Positions 50,064 to 63,125 are shown, numbered from the stretch's first letter. The stretch: 64,000 bases of DNA from Squalus acanthias (GCA_030390025.1 CM059431.1:113276001-113340000), one strand, 5' to 3'. Notes: generated from the sequence alone by a model not told the origin. Numbers and translations are program-made.

Positions 50064-53000
50064 AGATGTCCTGTAGGATAGAACCTTATGTTGCTCATGA
50101 AGTCCTGAGGAGAGCTTTTTTCACTCCTACTCCTCCTTCATACTTGGATTATTCTTGCCAATACTAAATTCTAGTTCAGAAAGGGCAACGAAAGTTAAAT
50201 TTTGAGCTCAATACACCATCCACCATTAGGAAGAAAGGCATAATGAGCTTTGGGCAGGTCGACTTTTACTCCAACTAGGTTTTGCTGTACTGGAACATTG
50301 AGCGTTTCAATATCTATTGTTCTAAACGGATTTATAAGCACCTTATTGTGTAATATTAAATCCTCATCACTGCCAGCTATTTTGCAATATCTGTTACCAC
50401 ATATGACTTGCAGTGTTATTGTAGATCTGACCAAACAATGGAACATGAATACAGTAACATCATCTGTATCATGGGCGTTCTAATTCTTTAGCCACTAAAC
50501 TTAACATACAACTGTATCACCCTCAGTGATGGCACTGTTGAGATTAAGCGTAAACAGGACATCAAAAATATACATAATTCCAAGGACACTGGAATGAGAA
50601 GAATTTACAAGCAATAGGAAGAAAACATAGAAGGTAAATGCTCAATCTATTTGGTCTTGAAATCTTTAGTTAAAATGATAAATACAAAACATCACTAATG
50701 CATATATCAAAAAATTGCTATAGGTTTCTGTTATTCACGGATGCAAATATGACATTAATGCAGCTGCTTTCTCAATAAACCTAAGCTACTGGGTCCTTCA
50801 TTTTCCTTTGCTTGTAGCTTTGCTATCCTTTTTGCACTCATATTCCTGTCGTCTATTCCACTGGCGCACATGTGGATCCCCATCACTCGTACTGGTAGCT
50901 GCAGACCCTGTCCCAAATTTTGGGGATGGGGTCACTAGCATGGCCAGGTCGGGCACATCATTTCTGCAAGGTCACTTCTGCACCCACCTTGAACTGCCAG
51001 CAAGAACGTTGGAGTGTGCCACGCCATTCTGATGGCAGAGGAGAGCACCTAGCACGAGCCTGAACAAATTCTCTTCCTTATATCTCTGCTCCCAATGGAG
51101 CAAGTGGTCCTCTTGAGGTTCTCATGCAGGGCTCATGCCAGCTATCAGCCAAGCAGACCATGAATAGGGAACAGGAGACAAGTGGAGCAGCAGATCTGCC
51201 AATGTCACAGTTTAAGAGGAGATGGGCTGCAAGAGGCCCCTCGGACCAAATTAGAGTAAATTCTATATTCAATGATTAGATAGTTTATCACCCATAACAT
51301 ATAAAAAGTGTGGATTAACTAAACCCAACACCATAGATTTATAATTTTTTACTTCTGAAAAAATTAGTTTGAGTGTTGACTGTATTTCACCATACAAAGC
51401 AGACGTTTTCTGGTTTGATTTGCAATTTGTGCTGAGTATGTTAGCTGGAGCTCCTGGTCTATGGAAAGGGGGAAAAAAATCTAAGATTCCTACGGTTGAT
51501 TGCTCTCCAATTATTCTTGCTGGAAGATGCACATATGAATGTCTTCCACATTTGAAACAACCTACTGATAGTGTCTAAACTCATGCATGGAGAATGGCCA
51601 CTTAGGTAAGGTCCAGGAGGGCTGCAGACATGAATCTTACCTTGGCAAGAATCAGCACCTTCAGAAGAGAAAGGCAAAATGTGGAGACCTTTTGTTTATA
51701 AAGACCCTCTATATATTGAATAATAGGATTAAGATATCTGATTTTAAGTTCTAACCGATAAAGCTGATAAAACACCACTAAGACAGAAAATCTCCAGTCA
51801 TTGTTTATTCAGTAATGCTGATAAAACCAGTAGGGGAAAAAAGATAAAGAAAGACTGTATTCGCGTTTTAACTAGATTTCTGCAATATCTAAGCAGATGG
51901 ATGGATCAATTTGACTTCAGATGTAATCCCTGCCTGCACAACTGCACCAGTAAAGTCATGAACAAGAAGTTTATCTTTGGATTTCCTTTTACAGGTTATC
52001 CTGATTCATTCTTTTTGGACATGATGCAAAAATGCGCCTGCAGAGCTTATAATTAAATGAGAAGTGTGCCAACATTTTTGCAAAGTAAGACTACAAAGGA
52101 GACAATTACTGTGTCTCATCACTGTGACAAAGTAATTGTTTACTTCAGAGACAGCCAGTGGAAGATCCCAAGCCAAAGAAATACAACTTTAAAATATTTT
52201 TAGATCCCCTTTCCAATCCTCAACGTGCATTAAAAGCATTTATATTTCTTAGAATGTTTTGCAAGTTTGCTTTTTATACCGTGACCAAATACAACACCTA
52301 CAGTTGTTCCAAGTTTTTGTCTTGTATGTGTGGGCTACATCAATCCTCTTTCTGTTAATCTGACAGAGATAGAAATCTCTTGTGATGGGCCCATAGGAGA
52401 CTGAATGCTAGACTGGTCAAAGAGCTTTTTGAACAAGCAGATTTAATTTCATTGCTGCTAAGTATTTTACATTTAGAGTCCTTAAAAATGATTTAAAAAA
52501 TTATATTTCTTTGTTCACTGATCTATCGATCTATTTCTTTTCATCTTGAAAGCAAAAGATACTGACAATTTGGCAGAGCATGAAAGAAAACTGCCGAAAA
52601 CAAAGCACCATATCATTTCACCATCTTACAATCTTGACTTGATCTTTAACGCAAAAACCAGCCTGCAGAAAGTTCTGTAAGTCATTATTTTACAGGAGTT
52701 TACTTTTGCCTCACGGGTCACTGCCCCCAGAGACTGTATATTAAGATCATATCTTTTTGTTGCTGTTTGTTGCTTCTGTTTGCATGAAATATCAGAACCA
52801 GTATTTACGTCATTGGTACCAGGCAAGTAATGAGGAGCTTCAGTATTTCTATAGCTTTATCGGTTTGCGAAAACCTTTGGTCAGATCTACCCCGGTTGCC
52901 ACACAAATAGTATTTGTATTGCTGTTAAAGTACGCGCTTACCATGTGATTTAACTAAGAAAAATCACCACGGATGTCTTGTCTCTTCAAGAGCCTGGGGC

Positions 53001-53275
53001 CTGAATCTTTTCCTTGGAGTTGGGTTGTGTGCGTGTGGGCCGTGTGGCAGGTTGGGAACCCGAAGATGTGAATAGCGCGTTCTTCAGTGCGACTTTTACT
53101 TAATGGCCCCAATTAAACCAGTCATGCGTGTTTCCTGGTACAATTAAATGGAGCGGGTCTGATGATGTCATCGATGACTCATTTCCAGTGCCGATATTTG
53201 AAGGTTGATGTAGGAGTGAATAAGTTGGTATCCAGAGGTCTGAGAAGCGTCATGAAACTGATAAAAGTGTGGGTC

Positions 53276-54165
53276 ATGGAGACAGAAAGGCAAAGGGCCT
53301 GCACCAAGATTCAACGATGCCTCCCTCGATGTTCTGGTGCAGGCAGTAAGACAATGCAGGGAGGTCCTCTTCCGTGGCGATAGATGCAAAAGGCCACCCA
53401 AAGACACAAAAAGGGCATGGTTGGAGATCGCAGAGGATATCAGCAGCAGGGATGTGGTCAGGAGGATGTTGATCCAGTGCCGGAAAAGATTCAGTGATCT
53501 CATGAGGTCAGGAAAGGTGAGTGCAATGCCACACTCACCTACATCCTGATATGCCTGTCACCACAACCCCATCACTATGCCTTCCCAAGCCTACTCCTGC
53601 ACATTACTCCTCACACCAACCTACCTTGCAGGTCCACCCATCTCTCTCTGTCTAGGTACATATTCACATTCCCATCTGACTAACCACCACTGACACTCAC
53701 CCTCATCCTAATGCAATCATAGTAAGTAACACCACAGAAGGAGGCCATTTGGCAATGTCACACCATTCCCTCATAGTCACCCTCTACAGATGTAGCCCAT
53801 ACATTCTTTACACTCATTCCATCACTCTCTCTCAAAGTTCTCTTCTTTCCCTCCTTGAAGGAGAAGAGAGCCCACAACAACAGGAAGAGGCAGAGAACTG
53901 GAGGTGGGACTCCAGTCTTTACAAATTTGCCTCCAGCAGAGGAGGAGGCCCTAGAGATCTCTGGAGTTGCAGTGCTGCTGGTGGTGGGAGATGGAGAGAG
54001 GGGGTCCTCCCAGCAACCAGGTGACAGAATTAAATCCCATACAGCCACATGGCATGCAACAGTCACCCATATGGTGACTGATGTCAGCAGTCAGTGAAAT
54101 GTCATCATGTGCATAATGGTAACATTACCCATAATTCATCTCTTTACTCTCTCACAGGTCCATCA
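53276..54165 (+). pseudogene. Myb/SANT-like gene: exon 1 53276-53516, exon 2 53861-54020, exon 3 truncated after 54158
   Basis: GT-AG sites; +1 frameshift near the start; EKRAHNNRKRQRTGGG motif. Confidence 0.85.
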
Positions 54166-54275
54166 AGTTTTGGGTGACAGGAATGGCTTGGTCATTGTAG
54201 GACTGCTTTGTGGTGTTGCGGGTGGGGGGGAAGTTGGTACAGCATGTGGCAGCCATATGGGTGCATTGGAGCAAG

Positions 54276-54359
54276 TTAAGTGAATCTGGCCATTATGAGG
54301 CCATCCCAGGCCTCCCGGGCAGTAATGTGCACCGCTGCTGGTGCCATCTCCATCTCAGA

Positions 54360-54391
<32 letters not shown>

Positions 54392-55505
54392 TAGCCTGTT
54401 CCTCCTCCTCCTCCTCTGAAGAGGCTGTGTGCTCTGCACCTCGTTTCTCCTGCAGCACCAATCCTCGCTGTTGCGCTATGTTGTGTAGGGCGCAGCAAAC
54501 TACGATGATTCAGGAGAGCCTGGCTAGTGCGTACTGAAGGGCTCCTCCAGATCTGTCAAGGCATTTGAAGCGCTTCTTCGGCATGCCTATTGCTTGCTTT
54601 ATGACACATTTGGTGGACATGTGGCTCTCATTATAACACTCCTGGGTCTCAGTACTTGGTGTCATGAGCTATATCTTCAGTGGATAGCCCTTGTCTCCAA
54701 GCAGCCAGCCAGTAAGTCTGTTTGGAAGGGCGAAGAGTTGAGGGAGGGTGGACTGGCACAGCACGGAAGAGTTATGACAGCTGCCAGGGAATCTGGCCCA
54801 CACATGCATGATGCTCTTTTTATGATTGCTGATGAGCTGCCCATTGAGGGAGTGGAAGCCCTAGTGGTTTGCAAACACTCCTGGGTGATGTGGGGGTGCC
54901 TTGATGGCCACATGTGTGCAGTCGATGATGCCCTGCACCTGTGGGAAGCCATCTAGAGCCGCAAAGCCGAGCGCCCGCTCAGTAGCACTGGCTTCATTGG
55001 TGACAAAGTTAACATAATTGGCTGACTTGTGAAACATGGCATCAGTCACCTGTGTGATGCATCTGTGGGTGGCTGACTGCGAGATGCTGCAAATGTCTGT
55101 TGCAGATCCCTGGAAGGAACCTGATGCGAAGAAGTTGCGGCCAGTGGTGACTTTGACAGCCACTGGTAAGGAGTGTCCACCAGGTCCTCTGGGCAGCAGG
55201 TCTTGTTCCAGCAAGCTACAAATGTCTGTGACGACCTGGCACGATAGCCTGAGCCTCCTTTGGTACTGCTGCTCAGTCATGTCCAGGTAACTCATCCTCT
55301 GCCTGTATACCCTGTGTTGGGGGTATCGCCTCCGGTGCGGTGCAGCCCTGGGCTGACCCCCTCTTTCCTGTGGAGCATCAGGTTGTTGAGGAGAAGGCTG
55401 CTGGCGTGGTTGCTGCTGCTGCTGGTGTGGCTGGTACTGTTGGTGTTGGGGCTCGTCTTGGTTAGATTCTGAGGTCCAAGGTGAGAGAGCATAAGTGGCA
55501 CCCAT
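54276..55505 (-). pseudogene. Full-length Harbinger DDE transposase (HARBI1-like) with in-frame stops
   Basis: 410-codon frame: [39 protein letters not shown] (catalytic E to K), RFKCLD, CCALHN, poly-Glu tail; three stops. Confidence 0.92.
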
Positions 55506-57770
55506 GCTGATGTAATAGATGGCAGGTAAAGTGGAGATCAGAGGGCCAATCCCTCAATGTTGTGATAGTGACTAGCAGTGTGGTGAGAGAGGGTTCGAGG
55601 TTGCAAAAATGACCTGCAAACTGCTGACAGCTACATCTCTGCACAAAATGAAGTCAGCAAGAGCCTTTCCATGAGTCAAGTAAGCAGGTGTAATGTGGGA
55701 GTATTTATGTGTTTTCCCAGCTCTCAATTAATGCCCTCGCACAATGGCCACTGAGCTTCCACCTCCCCTTCACAGGCAAGGCTCCCAAGGTGTGTGAATC
55801 TCGTGCTCCTGAAGTTAAAGCCAAAAGCTTTTGTTAAAAATCCTCTTAAGGGTCTCTTAACAAGCACTTAAGTACTTGAATGAGGTTGCCCTCCTCTCCC
55901 GAAGGGTCTGTCATGTGCTGGGAAACGCGCCCAAGTTAAATGCGGAAGTCGGCGGGATGACGGTGGATTCCCGATGCACTGGCAATTTTCGCGATATTTT
56001 ACTGCTGACCCGCCCCCCAAACCCGCACGCTCGGGACTGGGAAAATTCCGGCCTATGATTTTCCTCTTCCACTAGATCAGGCAACCATGATCAGTACTCT
56101 TCTATCATTGTAACAAATTGTATTGTTTCTGCTATATTGCATAATAAAGCCTAATAACCCAACTTGATTTTATTCAGTCTATTTAGCCAAAAGGTTCATT
56201 TGCATTCTCCATTGCCAGGAACGATGGAACTAATCTTTGATTTATTCCAACCTTTAGGAAAGGCTAACTGAGGAAAGTTTTCAATGGCTGTGCTATTTAA
56301 TCAAATGGCTGAGATGGCTGAGCTTAGTTAACAGCACAATGGATATCTGTATATAATATTTTGTACATAACAGTCCAGCTTTGATACCAGAACAATACAA
56401 TTTCAGCCATTTTTTAATCTGTCTCAAATGAACCAATATTTCTGTTGCCAACAATCCCTAAACATTTATTTCAATGAAACCTAACATTTTGTTAATTCTC
56501 TGCTCCATATATTCTTCCTTATCCTTCTTGTTATTTTTCAGATTAAGTTGTACTTTTTAAAAAGCTGAATTTCCTAAACTGCATTTCAGATGTTCACTAA
56601 CTTTTTAGGCTACCTGAAGTAAATTTAAGAGAAACGGCCATGTCTAGACTTGCCCAATTGGAATTACTAGTACATCCCAGTCTTGCTGTATTACATTGCA
56701 TATCAAAATGAGGCATGTAAAATAACTAAAGTCCATTAATCTCCTTCAAGCGCACTTGTCATGCACAAATAACAAAAGTAGATGTATAAACAATTACAAC
56801 ATTATTGTGAACAAACTCTATTTGACCTCAACATAGTTTGAATAAGTCAGTAAATCCTCATTTATTTATCATAAGTTGTCTCGGGTAATAATCAAGACGA
56901 GCATTTTAAGGTTTGCTGAGTCTTTAACGGGCATTTTTTTCCCTTCTTCTGGTTTTTCTTCATTTTCTACTGCGCTAAATGGTTGACATTGCCAACTGCT
57001 CTTGAGGATTCCGTGTAATACTGGTAATATAGTCCCAAATCCTGACCCTATGCTGAGAATGCATGTGCATGATGATGGATTTTGATTAACTAATTTCACT
57101 CCACACACTGTCAGAGAAAGTAAATGTTTATCTGATCTATCTGCGTTTGTTTTCAACACGGGTCTCTTTGGTGAAAGATCAATATTCTAACCCACTATGA
57201 CACCCAATCTCCAATAATATCTTTCAAGTTACTGGAATATTGATGGACACTTTGGGAAGCTGCACGTTTTAGGATGTGTATTTGGGTAATAGAAATGAAA
57301 CAATATTTATGTTCTTGATAATTTGCAAGAATAAATTAACTCTAAAAGTAATGGTACGCAATGGAAATGATATGGAAGTGTGCTTTTAGTCATATTGCGT
57401 ATTTTAGTATTAAATGCTCTATAACGCCTCGAAAACTTGGCTCCTACATTTAGAAATGGGTTTTATTCCTTGAACCTAATTGGGAGCAACCTTACTGGTA
57501 TAAGATGACAGTTCAGACACGTACGGAAGGCACAGCTTCGATCTAATTTTCCGCATGCTCTATTGCTAAGCAAAAATCAAACCTGAACCTGTTTGTTAAA
57601 AATCATACTTTTTAGTTTTTAATCTGTGCTGAAGGGCAGGAATATGATTTTTGGAGAAAATCAGTGGAATGTGGAGGGAATTGCTTCCCCATCAAAAAAA
57701 AAGCAATCCAGTTTATCGAATTGTCGTATCATTAATTCCTGTGAGTCTAAGAGCTCCCTTGTATTAAGAC

Positions 57771-57858
57771 CAATGTTCCCTCTAAATGTTTTTTGTGTGC
57801 ACGGTACCCTTCCAATTGCTGCGCATCCGTGCACACGTGCAGCTTAGAGGAAACATTG
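57771..57858. mobile_element. 88-bp hAT-like MITE
   Basis: TIRs CAATGTTCCCTCTAA / TTAGAGGAAACATTG; 8-bp degenerate TSD ATTAAGAC/CTCAAGAC. Confidence 0.7.
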
Positions 57859-58267
57859 CTCAAGACTATAAACCTAAATGAATTAATCAATTAACAAGGG
57901 TAATTTTTGCAATTCCTATGCAAATACTGGTATAATTGGAATTTGTGGTGCGATTTACCCCGCAATAAAAATTTGTAGTCTGCATTCATTCAACTGAAAA
58001 CAACTACATTGGGCAAGTGCAGACTGATTGAGGGGTTCAAAAGTCTTTACGTCGAACCACGATTAACTCAACAAACTTAAAAACACAAACATGGCTTAAA
58101 GATGTGAGAAAATAACATTGCAAATTGCTGATTTATGAATTATATTTTATTATTGGAACATCTGCATTTCAAAAAGTCAACTTGTCTAGAAAGAGGAGCT
58201 TTTGTGCTATAATGAAGTGCTGTGTATCTGTTGAAGCATTTAAGGGGAAGCTAGATAAAGATATGAG

Positions 58268-58850
58268 AAAAAAAAAAGAAAGAACTTGCATTTATATGGC
58301 GCCTTTCATGACCTCAGGATGTCCCAAAGTGCTTTACAGCCAATGAAGTAATTTTGAGGTGTAGCCACTGTTGTAATGTAGGAAATGTATGGGGAAAGAG
58401 CGGGAATATGGTATTGAGATAGAGGATCAGCCATGATCATATTGAATGGCGGAGCAGGCTCGAAGGGCCGAATGGCCTACTCCTGCTCCTATTTTTCAAT
58501 GTTTCTATGTTTCTATGAAACATGGCAGCCAATTTGCACACAGCAATTTGATAACGATCAGATATAGTGATGTTGATTGAGGGATAAATATTGGTCAGGA
58601 CACCGGGGATAACTCGCCTGCTCTTCTTCAAAATAGTGCCATGGGATCATTTACGTCCACCTGAGAGAGCAGACGGAGCCTCGGTTTAACGCCTCATCCA
58701 AAAGACGGCACCTCCGACAGTGCAGCACTCCCTCAGTACTGCACTGGAGTGTCAACCTAGACTTTTGTGCTCAAATCTCTGGAGTGGACTTGCATCCACA
58801 ACCTTGTGACCCAGATGCGAGGGTGCTACCCACTGAGCCACAGCTGACAC
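58268..58850 (-). mobile_element. Full-length DeuSINE (SacSINE1-like), with a CR1 3' end inserted at about 58387-58516; itself inside an old CR1 tail
   Basis: tRNA-like head (GTGGCTCAGTGGGTAGC), Deu core GGAGGTGCCGTCTTTTGGATGAGGCGTTAAACCGAGG, L2-like tail. Confidence 0.8.
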
Positions 58851-58999
58851 GGCAAAAGAAGGAGAAAGGACTAGTAGAAGGCTAAGCTGATAGGGTTAGA
58901 TGATGAGAGGTGGGTGGAGTCTCGTGTGGAGCATAAGCAGCGGCATGGACCAGTTGAGCCAAGTGGTGTGTTTCTGTACTGAACATTCTATGTAATTCT

Positions 59000-59465
59000 A
59001 TCCTTGGCCCCCCTTCCTATTTCTCATCTAGCATGCTGACCCTCAGCAACATCATCTGAAAAAATATTTCAGGCTCCACATGTACGCTGACAACACTCAG
59101 CTCCACTTCACCACCACCTCTCTCGACCTCTCCACTGTCTCTGAGTTGTCACGCTGTTTGTCAGGCAACCAGTACTGGATGAGCAGAAATTTCCTCCATC
59201 TAAATATTGGGAAGACTGAAGCCATTGTCTTTGGTCCCTGCTGCAAACTCTGTTCTCTAGCCTCCATCCCTCTCCCTGGCCACAGTCTGATGCTGAAGCA
59301 GACTGTTTGCAACCTTGCCATCCTAAATTGACCCTGAGCTGAGCTTCAGACCCCATATCTTCTCTATCACAGTGACCGCCAACTCCACCTCCGTAACATC
59401 GCTCGTCTCTGCTCCTGCTTCAGCTCATCTGCTGCTGAAACCTTCATCCATGTCTTTATTACTTT
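59000..59465 (+). mobile_element. L2 LINE RT fragment
   Basis: MYADNTQL…WMSRNFLHLNIGKTEAIVF. Confidence 0.8.
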
Positions 59466-59664
59466 GATATTGATCTGCTTAATTAGTTCATTGATGCAGA
59501 TGGGGGTAGGCCATTTGCTACTGAGGTCCCTGAATTACATTATGCTCGCTGTGGCATATTCAAATTACTTTTGCAGGAGATTTTGGAGCAAATCTGCAAC
59601 TGGTCGATCGGGGCACAAAGTGAGTCACAGATTGCAGCATTCCAGGAATCTTGGCCTGTAATTG

Positions 59665-60798
59665 TGAAGGAATAAGCCATATAACCTATTCAGAAAAATA
59701 CACTATCTTATGAAAGAATTCAGGCCTTATTAAAACATGACAAACTGGGTTTGGAAATTTAGAAACCTAACTATGAAATAGCTATGAAAGAATTTTGGCT
59801 ATTGAGAAAAGACAGTTGTTGATCCTGAATAAATAACCTTATTGAAACAGAAGGTGCATGACTCCGACAAACTGACCTTTTGGGAACAAAACAATGGTTC
59901 ACCCTGGATAAGGTGTTCTAATTTCAACTTCGTAAAGTTTGGCACCTAAGATAAGGAACATCTGCCCTCGTAAAGATGACATAAAATAAGAAACACCTGC
60001 TGTTCACATCGTTTCTATATGGTCAACCCAGAACACCTGGAGATGAGACAAGATTCTGGCTGATGTGGCAGTAAGAGTTGCAGAGGTTGGCAGAAAGATG
60101 AATAGAGATAATTAACTTGCATCAGCAGAAAACCTTAAAGGAAATACTACTGGAAAAGGGTATAAATATTGAACTCTCAAATCGAATATCAGACTCGCTT
60201 TAATCGGGCAAAGCGATTCTTGGCTTCAGAGGCGGCTCTGTAGTCTATCACTCTTTGTACCTCGGGGATCAAAGGTATTTGATATTGCTGGATATTCTGT
60301 AAAGAAAACTTTAAGAACTGTAACACTGTAGCGAAGTTAAGGTTTAAAAGTAAGATTCTCTGTTAAAAAGATCGTATGTTTTCTCTTTTTAGAATTGTTA
60401 ATGTTGCGATTGACTGATTCACCAACTGCATGTCAGTTCTTTTAATAAATCTCTATATATTTTTAGAATTGTCTCACAAATCTTCTGTATCAAAAACTCG
60501 CAAACTCAATCTCTGTACACTCTTTGGTGAAGAGTTGCAGAATTCTGAGGGAGTTTACCGGACCCTCATAATATCCGGGACGTTACAGTCTAGCTAAACT
60601 TATTAAAAGCGCTATTTGGAGGATGGTAACATTCTCGGGTTGTTCCTTTCCTTTAGGGAGAGATAGTCCGAACCTTTAGACCCAATTAAGCGTCTTTAGG
60701 ATTCGGCTACCTCAAACTTCAGTTGAAAGTGAACGTCTGAGAAATATGCCTGATCCGGGGTAGCCCTAAAGCGGCTAGGACTAGTAAATATTCCTTCA
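59665..60798 (+). mobile_element. Solo LTR (1134 bp), same family as 45171-46600
   Basis: Perfect 10-bp terminal IR TGAAGGAATA/TATTCCTTCA, TATA (about 60161), AATAAA (about 60444); no matching TSD. Confidence 0.85.
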
Positions 60799-60847
60799 TA
60801 AGATTATGTCTGCTGAACTTGAATCAGGTAACAAAGGGGAATATAAT

Positions 60848-61600
60848 GACTTGTATTTTCCGGTGCCTATGCATACGTGGTGCGTACGTGGTGCGTACGT
60901 GCCCGTAAGGGTCCCGCAAGTTCCGGGTTTTCACACGCGAAGCGTATGAGCAAAAACCCGTAACTTGCGATCTGTCAAGAATCTTCTTGACAGATCATAG
61001 CCATCCCCGGGAGATGGACATTTGCTGGCGGAGAGTTGGGCTATTTGTCCAACTACTGCCCAGTGAATGCCCATGAAATTTTTATGCCTGGTAAAAGCAC
61101 CAGCGTAAGAGTTTAAATGAATATTGAAATAATTTTTTTTCAATTATTTTAATATTAAAACACCTGTAAGATAAGTTAAGATTATTGTTAGCCTCATTAA
61201 AAGATTTAAATTTATTTTTCAAAAAATTAATTTTTTGTTTTAAATGTTTAATTAAATTGCATTTTAATTCATGTTAAATAGGTCATTTTTTATTTATTTA
61301 TTTGTATGTAAATGTGTTTTTTATGTGATCCCCATTCATGCTGATGGGGATTCCATACGGAATCCCCATCAGCATGAATGGCGATCCCCCTGCTTTCATT
61401 GGTTGGGCCGGCCCACGTGATCCCAGGGACGCTTGCGAACCACCTGCACCCCGGGGATACGTGGGCCTTTACACATGACTACGCATAGAGGCCCAGGAGC
61501 GCGAGTCTCCGTGGATCCAGAGGCAGAAGGTAGGCACGGATTTTATTTGCGGATCGGAGGCATTTCCCCGCAGGAAGCCTCCGACCGCAAATTCAGGCCC
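60848..61600. mobile_element. Harbinger-type MITE related to 12958-14206
   Basis: Right TIR GCAAATTCAGGCCC; shared GGCCCACGTGATCCCAGGG and GGAAGCCTCCGACC blocks; left end degenerate. Confidence 0.75.
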
Positions 61601-61634
61601 ATTTAGTAGTAGTACTAGAAGCATAATTTGAACA

Positions 61635-62180
61635 CTCAACTGTTCCAATGTTCCCTTTGCCAGCCTCCCAACTTCCACTCTCCGTAAACTTGAGCTCATC
61701 CAAAACTCTGCTATCCATATCCTAACTCGTACCAAGCCCCGTTCACCCATCACCCCTGTGCTCGCTGACCTACATTGGCTCCCGATCCGGCAACACCTCG
61801 ATTTGAAAATTCTCATCCTTGTTTCCAAATCCCTCCATGGCCTCGCCCCTCCCTATCTCTGTAACCTCCTCCAGCCCCACAACCTTCCGAGACCTCTGCG
61901 CTCCTCCAATTCAGACCTCTTGCGCATCCCCGATTTTAATCGCTCCACCATTGGCAGCCATGCCTGCATCTGCCTGGGCCCTAAGATCTGGAATTCCCTC
62001 CCTAAACCTCTCTGACTTGCTACCTCTCCTCCTTTAAGATGCTCTTTAAAACTTACCTACTTGTCCTAGTATCTCCTTATGTGGCTCGGTGTCAAATGTT
62101 GTTTGATAATGGTCCTGTGAAGCGCCTTGGGATGCTTTACTATGTTAAAGGTGCTATATAAATGCAAGTTGTTGTTGTTG
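61635..62180 (+). mobile_element. L2 LINE 3' fragment
   Basis: LADLHWLPI…KILILVSKSLHGLAPPYL…LRSS…WNSLP; (GTT)n tail. Confidence 0.9.
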
Positions 62181-63125
62181 TGTACATAGTCAGCAGATTT
62201 ACTGTGAAATAAACTATCCTAACAGCCTCTAGAGATATAATTGTACATAGTTATGGATTTCGGATGGGAACAAACCACTGTTCCAGCTAGTCTACCCAGC
62301 GAATTATTCCCTTTCTTTCTGGTCAAACATCTATCATTTATAACATTCGATAACCATGAGTTCCTTTGGACACCAAAAACTTGTCTACTTCCTTTTTGAA
62401 AGCCCTTAAAAGTTTCCTATTGACCACATATGCTTCTATGACCACGTGCATGAGCGAAACAATACAAAATGGAGCAAGGTGGTGAAAGTGCCCTGTAGAA
62501 AGTATAGTTCATAAACTACACCACTAAGGCTGCAGTTCTGAGTGCAGATCCAAACACTGAGTTGGGGCAAGAGGAGCAAGTATAAACAAAATAGAACGAG
62601 ACCACATGAAAATGAGATATAGTAGTAACTAAAATGTCTTTTTCCGTCTTGGTTTTAATTTAATCAATCGTTTCTGGATTCTCCTTAACAGGAAGCGTCC
62701 TGCCTTTTAAAGCCTTGCTGTTTCCTTTTAGCAGGCTAAGTATATTCTATAACTGTGTATTGGCAACTTTTGGGATTGGTCGGCTCAAATGGGGTGAAGC
62801 AAACATTTTGTTAAGAATGTATTTAGTCACTAGTTCAAAGAGTGATTAATGAAGCATTGGAAGATTAATGGATGGGTGCTTTTTCCAAATAGGCAGAAAC
62901 AAGGAAAGCTTTGAAAAGATTTAAATAGAATACTACAAATCTAAGCACAGAAGGAGGCCTTTTCAACCCGCCATGCCTGTAATTCTACAACCTCCACACC
63001 AGTTGTTTATTCTCATCCCATTTTGCTGCTCTTTCCCACACCTTTTTAACATCTTTCTCTAAGCGTTTATCTAACTGCCTTATAAACACTATTAGCTTCA
63101 ATAGCCACCTGCGGTAATATACACA

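Larger units (their letters stand above)
52997..56054. mobile_element. PIF/Harbinger transposon with convergent Myb and transposase genes (defective)
   Basis: TIRs GGGCCTGAATCTTTTCC / GGGAAAATTCCGGCCT, flanks CTG/ATG; two-gene layout typical of Harbinger. Confidence 0.92.

Noticed and set aside
50195..50446. Protein-like ORF (…DLILHNKVLINPFRTIDIE…)
   Set aside because: No recognised homology or splice signals; length within chance expectation.
51459..51677. Serine-protease motif (GADSCQG)
   Set aside because: No upstream protease context (a stop lies about 13 codons before) and no DSGGP exon was found; kept only as a weak microexon candidate.
54276..55505. Host HARBI1 gene
   Set aside because: Lies within TIRs next to a Myb gene, has three stops and has lost the catalytic Glu; a transposon copy, not the domesticated gene.
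59661..60802. Target-site duplication for the solo LTR
   Set aside because: Flanks ATTG and TAAG do not match, so no TSD is claimed.
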